NCBI RefSeq assembly: GCF_000981445.1
Contig: NC_027216.1
Location: forward strand, 558,001 to 622,000
DNA: 64,000 bases
Direction of reading: 5' to 3'
Origin: Babesia bigemina
Lineage: Eukaryota
Shown here piece by piece: positions 27,479-40,218 of the stretch (positions within the stretch are counted from its first letter, which is position 1; each line of letters opens with the position of its first letter). Below the pieces are notes generated by a model that saw only the letters and a list, made by a program, of their open reading frames with translations, was not told the origin of the DNA and ran no database searches. A program made the position numbers and the translations under genes.

Positions 27479-28622
27479 ATGCCAGACGTGGCAGTGCTGC
27501 TGGAGGCGCTGTCTACACTTCGCCTGGACGTGGAAGGGGACGATGGCAACTCGGAGCTTTTGTCGCGCGTTTCCGAGGCCGCTGAAGCGCTAGCTGCCTA
27601 TGTCGCGGACGACAGCGCCGAGGCGGCGTTGTTCTCGGACTTTGAGAACCTCCACGAGTCGCTCCGCCAGAAGCGCGACGCGGAATTGCGCGACGCAAAT
27701 GCGTCAGTAGACAGTAGGTTGCCGCAATCCGTGATCGCTGCCGTGATGTTTTGCAACGTTGCGGCTGGATGTGTGCCGTCGATGTGTTTGTAGCGTCAAA
27801 ATTTGTCGCCATGTCGTTTTTGCTTACCTGTGTGTCACGCCGCTCGCATACCGTACAACGTATGACCAGTGATTTATCTACGAAAGCTCCCAACAGTGCG
27901 AAACCATGTGAATGAGCTAAATTCGTTTTCTATGTCGAGAATGTTGGCTTCGTGTCGTCTGTATGTCTACATTATGATGCGCCTAGCCTTAAGACCCTCA
28001 TGTTTGCCGCAGAAACGAAGCAAGAGCTATCGGAGGCGGAGGCAACTCACACCCGTCTCACAGAGGAGTTACGCAGTCTGAAGGCGAAAACCGAAGCCGC
28101 CATTGGTGAGTGTGTCCGACCGTTCGGCGTGATTGGCGCAGGCACCGATGGCAATGCTCTCGCGGCCATTCACGAGGCGCAGCAAATGAAGGACGAGCTG
28201 CAGCAGCTGCGGACGGTTGAGGAGCGGCTGGCGCTGGACATTCGTGGCCTGGAGCACAAGCTGCAGACGCTCGACGAGGTGGAAAAGCAGCACCTGGCAA
28301 TACGCGATGACATCGTGAAGAGGGATAAGTAAGCTAGTTTGATACTTCATTCAATGCTTTGTGTAGGCTGTTGTACGAATTCGTGACATCGTCGCTGAAC
28401 ATCACGGTGGTGGACAGGAACGAGTCACAGGTGCAGCTGGCGCTGCTGTCGGAGTCCGAAGATCGCACTACGCAAACCTGGGACTGCATGTACGCCAATT
28501 TGGACGAGTGCGGCCCTGAAACGGCGGACCGCCTGTGGGAGGCCATCGAGAAGACGTTCGATCCGGATTCCGTGAAATCTTCGGGCGACACCGTCTTCGA
28601 CATGGTCAGCCTAGCTCGCTAG
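27479..28622 (+). CDS. Coiled-coil protein, possibly Spc24-like (multi-exon)
   Basis: Long coiled coil followed by a short globular C-terminus ending ADRLWEAI. Confidence 0.5.
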
Positions 28623-28992
28623 CCCGCCCCCTGTCTGAATGACACAACATTTGTAATCTATAGTCATCATCCGCCAACAATTTTTGTTCGCGACAGGGTA
28701 CCTTGTTTTACATTGTATGCATCCCCTCTGTTGCGTCCGCGTACCGCAGCTCGACATCGGTGGCTATGATGATTTTCACACCTATCTGGTCTGGCGCGCA
28801 GTGATCTCCGGCAGCCCAAGACGCAACATGACGGCCCTGTAATGTGCTGTTTTGACAATATCCAAATTGACAAGTTACATGGGTTGCCTCAAATATACCG
28901 TTCGGCACCAACGAACACAAATCACGTTTGACATGGAATCTCTGGTTTACCGTCACCTGCGTGACCCCACGCCAAGATCGGACCCAGCGTAG

Positions 28993-30363
28993 TCATGTAG
29001 CAGGCTTGACAAAGTCACCGCCTGTTGCGGCCATAGCCTTCTCGTGCACCATTGCGAGCTTGACTAGGGAAGCATCGAGCTCCTTGCGCAGTTCGCGGTT
29101 CCGAGCCTTTAACTCGGCGTTCTCCTTGCGCGCCCCGTCGACTGCAGCGAGTGCCGCTGAGATGCGCGAGGAGGCATTCTGATCGTCCTTGAATATCCGT
29201 TCCTCGAGATCCAGCATGGCTTCGCGCAGCCGCTTTATCTCCTCTATCTTATCCTCCAGTGCCTTGTTCAGGTGCATTATAGTAGTGCGGAGCTTGCAGC
29301 ACTCCTGCTCAGCCTTCCTCAGCACAGCTGCCATCTGCTCAGCTTTCTTGTCCTTCCGCTCGCTCTGCTTCTTATGCACCTCTATTTGGTCCAGGAGGTA
29401 CACAATCTGGCTTTGGTAGTCCTTGTCCAAGGCCAGCTTCATCTCATTTTGCCGGTCCTTGAACGATGTCTTCAGCTGCTGCAGGGAGGCGCTGAACGTG
29501 CCGCGGTCCGCCATTGCCGCCTCAATTTGAGCAGCCAGTGCATCCGCCTTTTGGCTGAGCTCGCTTATAGTCTTGTTTGCCTTCTTCAGCTCGGTGTCCT
29601 TGAGCATGTGCTCCTGCTCCATGGCCTGGAGTTTACTCTTGAGTGTCTGGCACTCCTGCGATTTCGTGGTGTACTTTTCCTGCAGAAGCGCCATTTGGGC
29701 TTCTAGCGTATGGTTTTGCTCCACGGCGAGCACGCTCTGTCCATGGGACAGCTCGTTCTTCCACTCCTCCAGCACGTCCACGTATTTTATCATCTTGGCA
29801 AGGGAGTCATCACGTTCGGCTATCTGCGTTTTGAGCACGTCTATGATGCGTTCGGAGCGCTCCTTGGTGTATTCCAAGGCCTTGATGGTGGTAGCGCCCT
29901 TTTTGCTTGGTGCCACGGAGAGCGTTCTCATCAACTCTTCGGGCGGGGTCAGCAGACTCTGCACGCTCCACGCCTCAAACCAGTCGCCAGTCACCTCCTC
30001 AACGTAGCCACGCGGCTCGATATCCACGTCATTGCTGCCGTCGTCGGGCAACCGTACCTCAAACTCCGGAGCCGCGTCGGCCAAGCTCTTGGGGGCGTCG
30101 GTGGTGGAGGGCGCCGATGTGGTGGTCAACAGGCTGTCCACAATCACGTCATGTACATCGTCCTCAATGCCGCTTGATAGGGCGCTGAGGTCTATAGTAG
30201 GCTTCTCCGGCGCGTCATTCAGCTGTTTAGACACGCGGCCGCCCCGCTTTCTATGGGAGTGTACAGGGCATTCGCCCACCGCCTCGCGACCTTCTTGCTT
30301 CGACATCGACTTTTTGCCGGCCATTTTGGCGAGATCGGCCGTCTTTGCTATGTGCTTGGGCAT
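28993..30363 (-). CDS. Coiled-coil protein (456 aa)
   Basis: Long ORF with an E/K/Q/L heptad-rich C-terminal half. Confidence 0.75.
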   Translation of the reverse strand: MPKHIAKTADLAKMAGKKSMSKQEGREAVGECPVHSHRKRGGRVSKQLNDAPEKPTIDLSALSSGIEDDVHDVIVDSLLTTTSAPSTTDAPKSLADAAPEFEVRLPDDGSNDVDIEPRGYVEEVTGDWFEAWSVQSLLTPPEELMRTLSVAPSKKGATTIKALEYTKERSERIIDVLKTQIAERDDSLAKMIKYVDVLEEWKNELSHGQSVLAVEQNHTLEAQMALLQEKYTTKSQECQTLKSKLQAMEQEHMLKDTELKKANKTISELSQKADALAAQIEAAMADRGTFSASLQQLKTSFKDRQNEMKLALDKDYQSQIVYLLDQIEVHKKQSERKDKKAEQMAAVLRKAEQECCKLRTTIMHLNKALEDKIEEIKRLREAMLDLEERIFKDDQNASSRISAALAAVDGARKENAELKARNRELRKELDASLVKLAMVHEKAMAATGGDFVKPAT

Positions 30364-30404
30364 TTTTCAGTCTTTGACGGCGGCGAGCGCCTCGCGCGTA
30401 CACA

Positions 30405-32186
30405 CTAGTGTACGCTTACGAGGCAATTTTGCAGCTGGGCGAAATCGATAACGCCCTTGCGCTCCACGTCCGTGTCCTCGAATATGCTGGCGACCAGCGT
30501 GCCGTTGAAGCGTTCGCCCATGCAGGCGACGAAGGCGTTCACGTCGATGCGTCCGTTGCCGAGCGCCTCGAGCTTGTAGTACACCTGCGCCAGGAGCTCC
30601 ATGTCGACCTCCGTGTAGTACTCGTAAACCGCCGCGACGAACTCCGTGTACTGCATCGTGGGCGTTCCTCGGAACGCGATGGTGTCGAACACCGCGGCAG
30701 CCTCGTTTTCGTCCATGTCGAGGTGCTTGCGCATCGCGTCCGTGAACTCCTTGAGCGTGATGGCTCCGCTGCGCGAGGTGTTGATGGCGAAGAACACCCT
30801 GTATATTTCGTTGCTGGCGTTCCTGTCCGCCTCCAGCACGCAGAGCGCCACCAGCGCACGGTGCAGCGGCGACTTCTTGCTGAACTCCGCGATGTGGCGC
30901 ATCACTTCCGGCGTCACGATGCTGTCGTCGAACTTCTGCACCTCCTCGCTGAGCCACGGGTGGTTGAGCGCCTCGTACGCCGACGCGCGCTCCGTGCCGT
31001 TCCTGTTGAGGAGGTAGGTGATGAACTCCTTGGCCTGGTCCGAGACCTGGCTCCAGCGCGCGCCCTCGAACTTCAGCGGCCCCCGCTTGATCTTCCAGAG
31101 TATCTCCTTGTCGCCGTCGCCGTTGAACGGCGGTGAGCCCGAGAGCAGCATGTACACAATCACCCCCGTGCTCCAGACGTCGCACTTTTCGTTGTAGCAT
31201 CCGTCGATAACCTCCGGGTCCACGTAGTAGACCGTCCCGTGCGTGCCCCCCATGGGCACGCCCCGCTGGAACAGCCTTGAGAAGCCGAAGTCGACCATTT
31301 TGAGCTGCGCCCCCAGGTCCGAGCTGCCGAACACCCAGTTTTCGAGCTTGAGGTCCCGGTGGCAGATGCCGTTGACGTGCAGGTAGTTGATTGCGAGCAG
31401 CATCTGCACCGTCAGGCGCTTGGTGTACCCCTCCGCGAAGCGCTTGTAGCTGTCCAGGCGGTCGTATAGCTCGCCGCCCGTGCAGTGCTCCATGATGAGG
31501 TGGCACACCCCGACATCCTCGTACGCCTCGTGCAGGAAGGCGATGTTCGGGTGGTCGAGTTGCGCGTATATTGCGATTTCGTTGATTGCGCTGACGATTG
31601 CGCTGCGCGAGGGCATGAACGTTCTGAGTGTTTTCATGGCGTAGGTGTGCTTCGACGTCCGGTCGAATACCTCGCGGACCGATCCGCCGACGCCGTACCC
31701 TATCGCCGTCGGCGTGACGTGGTACCTGGCGGTCACCTTGTACCTGTTGAGCACGCGGGAGCGCCACAGGTCGCGGCTCAGCACGAAGTCGGCGATCCTA
31801 GGGTACTCCGCGGGATTCCGCATGAGGTCGGCCGCGCCGCTCTCCGGCGGCGCCGGTGCGATACTGTCGCCGCCTGGCTGGCCCTGATGGAGGTCATTTG
31901 TGTGCTGCTCGGTCGCGGAAGGCTGGTATTCCATGTCTATCCCCGTGGAGGCCGTTGGCATCCCTGACTTGGTGCCGTCCTTCCTATCCCTCGCCGAGTT
32001 CGGCACACATACCGGCCGCCTCAGTCCTCTGAAAAACACGTCGCAGATATCCGGCGCGATGTAGAGCAAGGCTTCCATGTCTTCCGCGGATTGCTGGGTC
32101 GGCCTCCCGTGGAAGTCGCCGTGCAGTTGCGGCGACGTGACGCGCCGGTTGGCGCATACGGATTTCCGCAGGCAACAATTTCCCAT
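30405..32186 (-). CDS. Calcium-dependent protein kinase-like (kinase plus degenerate EF-hand domain)
   Basis: MGNCC acylation motif, HRDLKLEN, DFG, GTVYYVDPE, four EF-hand-like loops. Confidence 0.9.
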   Translation of the reverse strand: MGNCCLRKSVCANRRVTSPQLHGDFHGRPTQQSAEDMEALLYIAPDICDVFFRGLRRPVCVPNSARDRKDGTKSGMPTASTGIDMEYQPSATEQHTNDLHQGQPGGDSIAPAPPESGAADLMRNPAEYPRIADFVLSRDLWRSRVLNRYKVTARYHVTPTAIGYGVGGSVREVFDRTSKHTYAMKTLRTFMPSRSAIVSAINEIAIYAQLDHPNIAFLHEAYEDVGVCHLIMEHCTGGELYDRLDSYKRFAEGYTKRLTVQMLLAINYLHVNGICHRDLKLENWVFGSSDLGAQLKMVDFGFSRLFQRGVPMGGTHGTVYYVDPEVIDGCYNEKCDVWSTGVIVYMLLSGSPPFNGDGDKEILWKIKRGPLKFEGARWSQVSDQAKEFITYLLNRNGTERASAYEALNHPWLSEEVQKFDDSIVTPEVMRHIAEFSKKSPLHRALVALCVLEADRNASNEIYRVFFAINTSRSGAITLKEFTDAMRKHLDMDENEAAAVFDTIAFRGTPTMQYTEFVAAVYEYYTEVDMELLAQVYYKLEALGNGRIDVNAFVACMGERFNGTLVASIFEDTDVERKGVIDFAQLQNCLVSVH

Positions 32187-32313
32187 GGTGCCCGTAACCC
32201 ATGCCTGGTGAGTTGAGTCACTAATTGGCCGTCGTGTGTACGCGCCGCTGCGCGTTGTGGGTCGTCCACTTGCCTGCGCGTGTGCGTGGTTGTGGATTCC
32301 ACTCCCCGTACTC

Positions 32314-33108
32314 ATGGCGGCATCTCGCTCGCAGTCCGCCGACGCGGAAGCGCCGCTATACAGGAACAACCGCTACCACGGGCTGGTCGACAGTCTCGCT
32401 TTCGTCGACGCGGTGCCGGTGGAGCTCGAGGGCCACATCCGCGAGCTCGTGGATGCTGAGAAGCGCGCGATTCTGGAGGAATTTGGCGGCGACGAGCAGT
32501 CGCTTTTGGAGAGCTACATCAAGCCGCTCGGTCCCGCTCCGGACCACTCGGGATCAGGGCACCTTTACCATGCAGAGGTGGAGCGCAGGTCACGTGGTAA
32601 GTGGCGTCGCGCTCCTGGCGACATCGTGCGTGCAGGCGAAGCGCTGCAAGCGATCGACGTGGAGCGCTACGCGGGCTACGAGCACGTGAAGGACGTTGAG
32701 GAGCGCCTGGACCACGTGCATATTCTGAGCGAGTACGCGCAGGGAGCGCACCTGAACCTGGAGCTGATGGACCGCTACAAGGAGGCTGCGTGGCTGAGCC
32801 ACCTGGACAACCTGGTGTCCATGCAGTCGAGGTTCGTTCGTCCACGCGCGAAATTTCGCCATCGGTGCGCAGCATGTCCCGCGAGAAGTCCCGCCTCGAG
32901 TCCGCCATCGAGCAGCTCAACAAGGAGCGGAAGGTCAGCAACGTGGAGTGGGCCAGCCGTCTGCGCGCGCTGAGCCAGGAGCAGGAGGATTACCATGCGC
33001 GGTTGGTTTGCATAGTGCGTCCGCGTTACCGTCCGCAGGAACCTGCAGCTGCTTGCGGCCATCGAGAAGCTACAGAACAGCCGCCAAAGCTCCGCCACCG
33101 AACAGTAG
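32314..33108 (+). CDS. SPF27: Pre-mRNA splicing factor SPF27/BCAS2 (multi-exon)
   Basis: VDSLAFVD, IDVERY, NLELMDRY..AW, IEQLNKERK. Confidence 0.85.
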
Positions 33109-33240
33109 CGAAACAAACACCCGTGTGTAACGCTTTATATCGCATTAGAACATTAGCAGTTTCGTTTGCTTTCCGACCTCTGTCGCCAATACGCGACGAC
33201 GTGACCGCACCGGTGGCGTCCGCTGCGTGATTCCACCGTT

Positions 33241-34528
33241 TCACGGCCTCCTGGGCATGAAGTACTTCTGTAGTAGCACGACCACCTTGTGGTAGCCATT
33301 GCGCACCACCGGCGGCAGCGACGGGTGCGCCACCAGGCGGCTGATAGCGTCTGCACATCGTGAGACACGCATGTAAACCCGCGTACCGTGCACTTGGCGT
33401 AATACAGAAACCAGGTATACGTCGTTCCTGGCCAGCCTGCACGCGTGATGTTGCGTTCGCCCAGCGACTCACTTCATCTTGATGAAGTTCGAGAAGAGCA
33501 GGACGCTGATGATCGTCCAGCCGCCGAATATGAGCCCGAATATCATGTGGAAGAGCACGGCGACCTCCATCACGGCGCGCAGCGTGTGCATCTCGACGAT
33601 GTAGTTGTCCACCTGCTTGAACACGGCGACGGCGATGTCGGACCTGCGGCAGCGTGAGGTCACGTGCAGAAGCGAGCCGCCAGACCCACGCTAATGGCCT
33701 GGACACCCGGCGTGCGACTTACTTGAGCAGCAGCGGCATCAGGTGGTGGTGGTTCTTGTAGAGCTTGTCCAGTCCGATGAGGCAGGTGAGCACCTGCGGG
33801 GCGAGTATCACCAGCGCCTTCGGCGCGTGGAACACGGCGGCTCCGAACGCGATGTAGATCAGGTTGCCGTCCCCAATCACGCGCGTGAGGTACTCCAGGG
33901 AGACCCTCGGCTTGCCGTGGTCCTTGAGGATGGCGAAGATGAGGAAGAGGAAGTACGACATTGTCGACGCGGTGCTCGTGAGCTGCGGCACGTTTGCGCT
34001 GCGCACGCGCCAGCGACTTACCATGAAATGTCTAACAGGCAGAATCCTCGTCAGGCGCAGCGCAATCATCAGGAAGGTCGACGCGAGGAAGATCAGCCTC
34101 GCCGCGAGCTCGAGGCGCACCAGCACGTCCTTCACCATCTCGTACGTAAGGAAGCTTCTTCTGGGCGTTTCTTGTGCCGGCCTGGCTGCTGCGAGATGGG
34201 CGGCGCGCGTGTGTGACCTAACCAGTGGGTGTTGAGGTGCTCTTGCTAGTAGACGGCGTGTCGACGTCTCCTACAGTGGAATCGGCTGGGAAGTTCGGGT
34301 CCTTCGGGCGATTAGCTAAACTTTTAGTCGGTGACCCACCACCGCACGTCGGTACCATGCGCGCTTGTACTTGGGTAGTTTGCTGGCTGGCGGGGCCGGG
34401 AAGAGGTTGTTGTAGTAGTGCTGCCACTGCTCCGACTCCTCCCACTTGAACGCTGCGGCCGATGTGCGGTAATTTTCGCTGCCGTTACCCAGGAAGGCCT
34501 TCTCCGAGTCGGTGAGCGCCTTGGCCAT
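33241..34528 (-). CDS. TMEM33/Pom33-like membrane protein (multi-exon)
   Basis: Several TM helices, DGNLIYI, F..FIKMKY, C-terminal HPSLPPVVR.GY. Confidence 0.6.
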
Positions 34529-34992
34529 TTTGGATTCCGACGTCAGCTAGCGTGTGTGTCTCGACAATCCACCGATGCGGGTCGAACCTGTTAGTAGACA
34601 GGCCGTCAATTGCGTGAATTATATTACTATCGCTGTGAAATGGTTGCGGAATAGGCTGTTGCTCCCTCGGGGTCGAACAACCACTGCGCCATATGGCTGC
34701 CTGCACACGCAGAGCGGCCTCGGGGGACGAGCGCCCAGCTACGCACCCACCTGCGGCATGGACACGCCATTGTTATAGTTTACTACAATTCAGCTAGCTC
34801 ACTTCTAAACGACAATCGGCCGCTGGCGCCACGCCGCTCCCACGGAGTCGTAGTCGCGGCACGGCCATCGCAAAGTGCCAGCATTCCTCATGTCACGCAC
34901 AGCCACCCGTTCTCACCCAATTCCGTCAGCGCTCTGCGGTCCGGACCGTCCGTCGGTGCGTGCAGTTGCGATTGGCGCGTAGCGTCGACTGC

Positions 34993-35372
34993 CTAGCGCG
35001 TGTTGACCTTGTCGAGGCATTCCCAGTAGACGATGGAGTTCCCGCGGATGACGATCATGCCCAGCTTGACCTGCTCGTCGCCGTTGATTTCCAGCGCGTT
35101 GTCCAGGACGACGTTCATGAAGGTGTCGTAGCCGCGCAGCACTCCGACGACGTGCCTGGAGCCATTCAGATGCACTGCACGGTCGTTAACGGTTAGCATA
35201 CACAATTTAGTATTTCGGGGGCGCAAGGCCTGCCGCTAGCGGCGTGGAATCCCGGTCGCTCGGGGTGTGCCGCCGTTGCGCCGGGCCCCGCCGCGCGGCC
35301 GTGCCACTTACCGTCCAGGCGCTTTTCCATGTACCTGCGGAGGTCTGGGCCAGCGTTGGATCCTCCGGCCAT
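34993..35372 (-). CDS. SNRPG: snRNP Sm protein G (2 exons)
   Basis: PDLRRYMEKRL..HLNGSR.V.GVLRGYD.FMNVVLD..IGMIVIRGNS-like Sm fold. Confidence 0.92.
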
Positions 35373-35429
35373 TTTGTCTGGTAATGGTGTATAATTATGA
35401 CATCGCGTGAGTACAGTGGGGGCGTCGGC

Positions 35430-37779
35430 CTACGACTGGACGACCAGTTTCACGAGGTGCTCCATGAAGGTCTTCAGCGAGACGTCGTCGGTGTTGACGA
35501 CCTGCGTGTCCTCCGGGTAGTCGCCGTATCCCGATTTGTGGGTCTGCGAGGGGTTGACCTTCGCGAGCAGGAACCGCGCCTGGCTTCCGCCCTGGTTGCA
35601 GAGTATGAACTTGGGCGTGGGGAACCTCTCGCTGAGGATGTGGTTGGCGTCGCTGGCGGGCGCCTGCAGCAGCTCCTTGAAGTGGGCGTAGTCAGGCTTG
35701 TCCTGGAACCCCTGCTCGCGCCACTGGTGGATCATGTCTCCGTACCAGATGATGACGTAGAAGAACGAGTCGAGCATGAGTATGACGTTCTGCTTGAGCG
35801 AGCAGGCGTCGAGCAGCACCGGGTGCGGCGTGGGCTTCTCGAACGAGTACTCGAGCAGCGCGGGCTGTATCATGATGAGGCTGTTGATGACGTTCTCCCT
35901 CATGAAGACCGTGCGGTAGAACGCGGTCTCGTCCGGGCTGGCGTTGAACGTCTGGAGGAAGTGGGAGCGCCTCAGGTGGTACATGAACTGCGGGTAGATC
36001 GAGAACTCGTTGGCGAGCCTGAAGGTGTGCACGTCGTTCTTCTGGTAGTCGGCGAACTTGGCAATGAGGCTGATGAGGCTCTTGTCCAGCCAGCGCAGCA
36101 CGGCGATGGAGTCCTCGGTCTCGCTCTTGTAGAACGCGTACCTGGCCATGAGCACCGCGGCCGCCTCCTGGTCGAACGTGGGCGCGAGGTGGGCGATGTT
36201 GGGCTGCGCGTACTTGCAGCTGAACGAGGTGACCCTGAGGCGCTTCTGTCCGCTCGAGTGTATGTACATGGTCTGGAACTGTATGAAGGCAGTCTTTCCT
36301 GCATTCTCTGCGGGCGCGAACTTGTCCTTCTTCGAGGCGCCGATGGTGCTGATGGCGTTGCTCAATAGCGAGGTGGCCGTGGACGACCCGTCGGTGACGT
36401 CGAAGTAGAACGCCAGCGTGGACTTGGGGTCGATGGCGCCAACCACCCACTCCGTTGTGCCTCCCTCTCCGATAACGTTGGGCGAGACGTTGGGCCCCTT
36501 CTTGTTGGTGCTGCTGCAGCCGCCCATCACTCCGCTGACCTGCAGCTCCTTGGTGCAGAACACCTCTATTTTAGCGCAGTAGCCCTGCTTCAGATTTCCG
36601 GTCGAATCCAGGCTGAACACGGTCTTCAGCGAGTCCTTGAACACGTTCATCGAGAACGAGTCGCTCATGACCATGTAGCCGCCGGTCTTGTCACAGCACA
36701 CCTTCATCTCGTAGAGGCCGGACTGGTCGAGCGAGCAGGCGAAAATGTCGATGGCGTGGGCGTTCTTCGCGCACCGGTTCGCGACGGTGGTGTAGAAAGT
36801 GAGCGCGTCCTTGACGAACCTGGCGTTGTGGTGCTCCTTCTGCAGGTCGAGGTGGTGCCTGATGGACTCCGTGAGGGAGAGGTCCACCACCTTGCCGGGT
36901 CCCAGGGTGCAGGCGCCGCCGGTGAAGAGCATGGCGCGCGCACCCCTGTTGGGGCATGCGACCTCCATGAGCGCGACTGCCGCGCTGAGCGCCGCGCCCG
37001 TGCAGCGGTTCTGCCTGGAGTTCTGCGCCACCGGCCAGGCGTCTGGCACCAGCTGGTCGAGGAAGGTGTTGAACATGTACTCGCACTGCGAGAGCGGCTG
37101 CACGAACCTCTGGTGTTGCTGCGCCAGATTGAGTATCTTCTTGAGGTACTCCGCGTCGTGGTGGTGGGTGCCCCTGAGCACGTGCGACCTGGGTATCTCC
37201 GAGTCGCTGAGGTCGTGGATCTTGATGACCGAGCCGTAGGTGATCAGGCCGATCTGCACGTCCTGGGGGAGCATGCTCACAACCTGCGCGGCGTGTGTCC
37301 GCAGCCAAGGCGGCGCCTACCTGCTGCAGCGAGTCCTTCAGCTGCTCGAGCTCCTCCTCCGGCACGCAGGTGTCAACGAGGAAGACGAACGTGGGCGGGA
37401 AGAGCCCCCCGGAGACCGAGGTGGGGATGATGTACTCCATGGTGAGGTTGACGAGCTCCAGCGGCAGGTTTTCCGGCGATATGTGCTCGGCGTGCGAGGG
37501 CGGCAGTGGGCTGCGCTGCATCGTGATCGGGCACGTCCACGTCTTCCCCCTGAAGTCGATGTGGCAGTAGGGGTTCAGGAAAACGCCGCTGCTGCGGCAT
37601 CTGACCGGGGAGTAGTCCACGACCGGGATTTTCGCGTTTCCCTCCGGGTCGGCCGGCTTGAGCGGTGTGAACAGGCATCCGACCGGCACCTCCACCTTTG
37701 CCGCCTCCTCCGGCGAGCACGGCCAAACATTCCAGCTGAACCGGAGTCCGGTGGCGGCCTCCAGGCCGGTAAAGTCCAT
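35430..37779 (-). CDS. SEC23: COPII subunit Sec23 (2 exons)
   Basis: [59 protein letters not shown]. Confidence 0.97.
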
Positions 37780-37967
37780 TTTGCTCCTCGTTGCGGATAA
37801 CAGTAAGGCGGCGACACACCAGTGAAATTTTTGCTGGTCTACCGGTGCCTTGCTCGTGCGTGATTTTTTATGCGGCACTTGCGCGTTGTTATTGCGTGAC
37901 TGGCCCGGAGCGCCGCGCGTCGTGCCAGACCCCACCTCTGTCAACCGCGCTCAGTGCCTTAGAGTCA

Positions 37968-40086
37968 TTACAGGTTAAGTACCTTTTCCAGGTTCGAGTA
38001 CACAATGTAGGCCGTCATCGCCACGCCGATATTGTCGGTTCCGGGGCTCCCTGCCTCTACAATGGTGGCGGCGAGCGCCACCGCCGCGCTGGCGGCTGCG
38101 TGCCTGTAGCCGATAGCGGGGCCGTGCTGGATCAGCAGCGCGATGGCCAGCGACACAAACGTCCCCGCGAAAAAGGCGAGGCTGCCGGCGATTGACTTTT
38201 CGTGGCAGACAAGCTTGCGTGCCTTGCTTCCGACGATCGCTGCGAGCGAGTCCGCGAAAGCGACGGTCGTGAGTCCAATGTACGCCTTGGTGTAGTCGAT
38301 CTGCAGTCCCTTGCCAACCTGCACCCACAGCGGCAAGCCCGTCGCCAGGGCGATGAAGGCGTGCGCGATGACGAGCGACCTGAGCGTCACCCCCTCCCCG
38401 AACGCCTTGTACAGGCTGCTCAGGAAGCGGCCGAGCCTCAGGGGGATGCAGCCGTAGAAGCGCAGTATCTCGAGCGCGAGGCCTCCGATGAAGATCAGGT
38501 AGAGGCTGAGTGCGAAGAGCGTGTGCTGCGCGATTGTCTTTTTCGGCGTCGCCGTGTCTTACCTGTGCCATGTTCATGGCCACGAACCCGTTGACGAGGA
38601 GCACGAAGTGCAGCCCCTTGCGCAGTATCGTGATGGCCGGCGACTTCGCGGAGTACTTGTGCGCGGACGCGGCGGTGAGCAGCGGCGACTTATGGTACAG
38701 GATGCTGACGCACACAACGGTGTGTATGGCCCACGCCACGAGGGTGATGATCGCGTCGTTGGTGCTGAAGAGTTTGAGCAGCGTCTGGAGCGGCGTGAGC
38801 CCGTCCTTGTACGCGTTGTAGGTGTAGACCCATACGCCGAATCTGAAGGCGGCGTATCCCATGGCGGCCATGCGTGCGAGGTTGGCGAGGCGGCGCCTGA
38901 TGCATGAGCTCGGGTACGACTTGAACACGAAGTCAGAGAGCGTGACGATGACGAGTGCCAGCAACATGTAGCCCTGCGCCGCGGTGTTTGACGTGCGTTC
39001 CCACCTTACCGTGTGGACGGCGAAGTCGGCCAGCTGGGTCAGCGGCCCCCACGAGTTGTACGTGTATCCTCCGACGAGGAGGTGAATTCCTACGGTGACC
39101 AATTGCGAGACTATCACGGAATCCGTGAAGTTGAGCGACCTGCGCGACACGTGAAGGCGATTGTTTTCATTGCTTGACCGCGACGGCTCCCACGGGAAAG
39201 CGTGTCTGACCGCGGCACATGCCACTAGCACTTTACACTTCGCCACATACACACCACGACCCACATTGTTGCCACGCTAAACACGTGCAACTGAGCAAAC
39301 GCGGGGGATGCCACGCGCAATACGTGCAACTGAGCAACCGCGGTGGAAGCCACTTGCAGGTGTAGCCATGAGTGGTTGCACAGTTCCACAGCAGGGTGTC
39401 TGCATCCCGTGCTCGGAGGGCGGCACGCAGTCACAACTAAGGCGTGAGGCCATGCGTGCAAAAACTCACCTCGTGAGGTCGGTGCGCATGACACAGTGCA
39501 CGACTGCCTGCACCAGCGTCAGTATCACCGCCCTGCGGCCCAGGACGTCGCCGAACCAGCGGTCCGCGAGGTTGAGCGTGACGGCGGCGCAGAACAACAG
39601 CGCCTTGTTGTCAAACATGAACACGTCCAGCACGCACGAGAGCGCCGCTCCGAAGAGCAGCACTTCGGCGATGGACTTGTCCTTGCCCCGTAACTCGGTG
39701 GCCAGGAAGAGCGGCAGGAGAGCAGTGTGTAGGTACGGCAGGAAGCTGTTCATGCGGTACAGAAGGGTGTCCTTGTGAGTGTTGTTGTAAAGTTGAACCT
39801 TGAGGCGCGCCATGCGGTCGTACTTCTTGCGGTTGAAGCTCCGCAGCGCTACACACCTGTGACTGCGCCGTCCGCCGCCAACCTACCTAGACCCAGCGCG
39901 ATGGTAACGGCGAGCGCGCATGCCGCTACTCTCAGCTTGGTGTGGTCGAGGGAAACGTAGGTGATGCCGGTGAGCAGCAGCAAGACAGTGTAGTCCAGCG
40001 CCAGGAATGTGGCTGCGTGGCGTATTAACTCTCGCTCCTCCGAACTCACCGAGGCACCGCCCGTGCTGCAATAACTCCCAATTCAT
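37968..40086 (-). CDS. Dolichol kinase-like polytopic membrane protein (multi-exon)
   Basis: LRKGLH, GLPLW, ADSLAAIVGS, KSIAGSLAFF and E..DN motifs of the CTP-transferase/DOLK family. Confidence 0.75.
39270..39353. repeat. ~39-bp tandem repeat (2+ copies), probably intronic
   Basis: TGCCACGC..A.ACGTGCAACTGAGCAA.CGCGG at 39270 and 39309. Confidence 0.7.
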
Positions 40087-40218
40087 TTTCGCCGGTGTCA
40101 GTAAAGCATCGAGTGAACGCGTGCTGCGGTACCCATGGGGATCGGAGCTGCGCGTCGGCCACCGATGTGCGGCAGTCACGGTGAATCCGCCAGTGCTTAG
40201 CGATTCAAATTGGTGGAG

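Noticed and set aside
35177..35310. snoRNA in the longer SmG intron
   Set aside because: No convincing C/D or H/ACA boxes.
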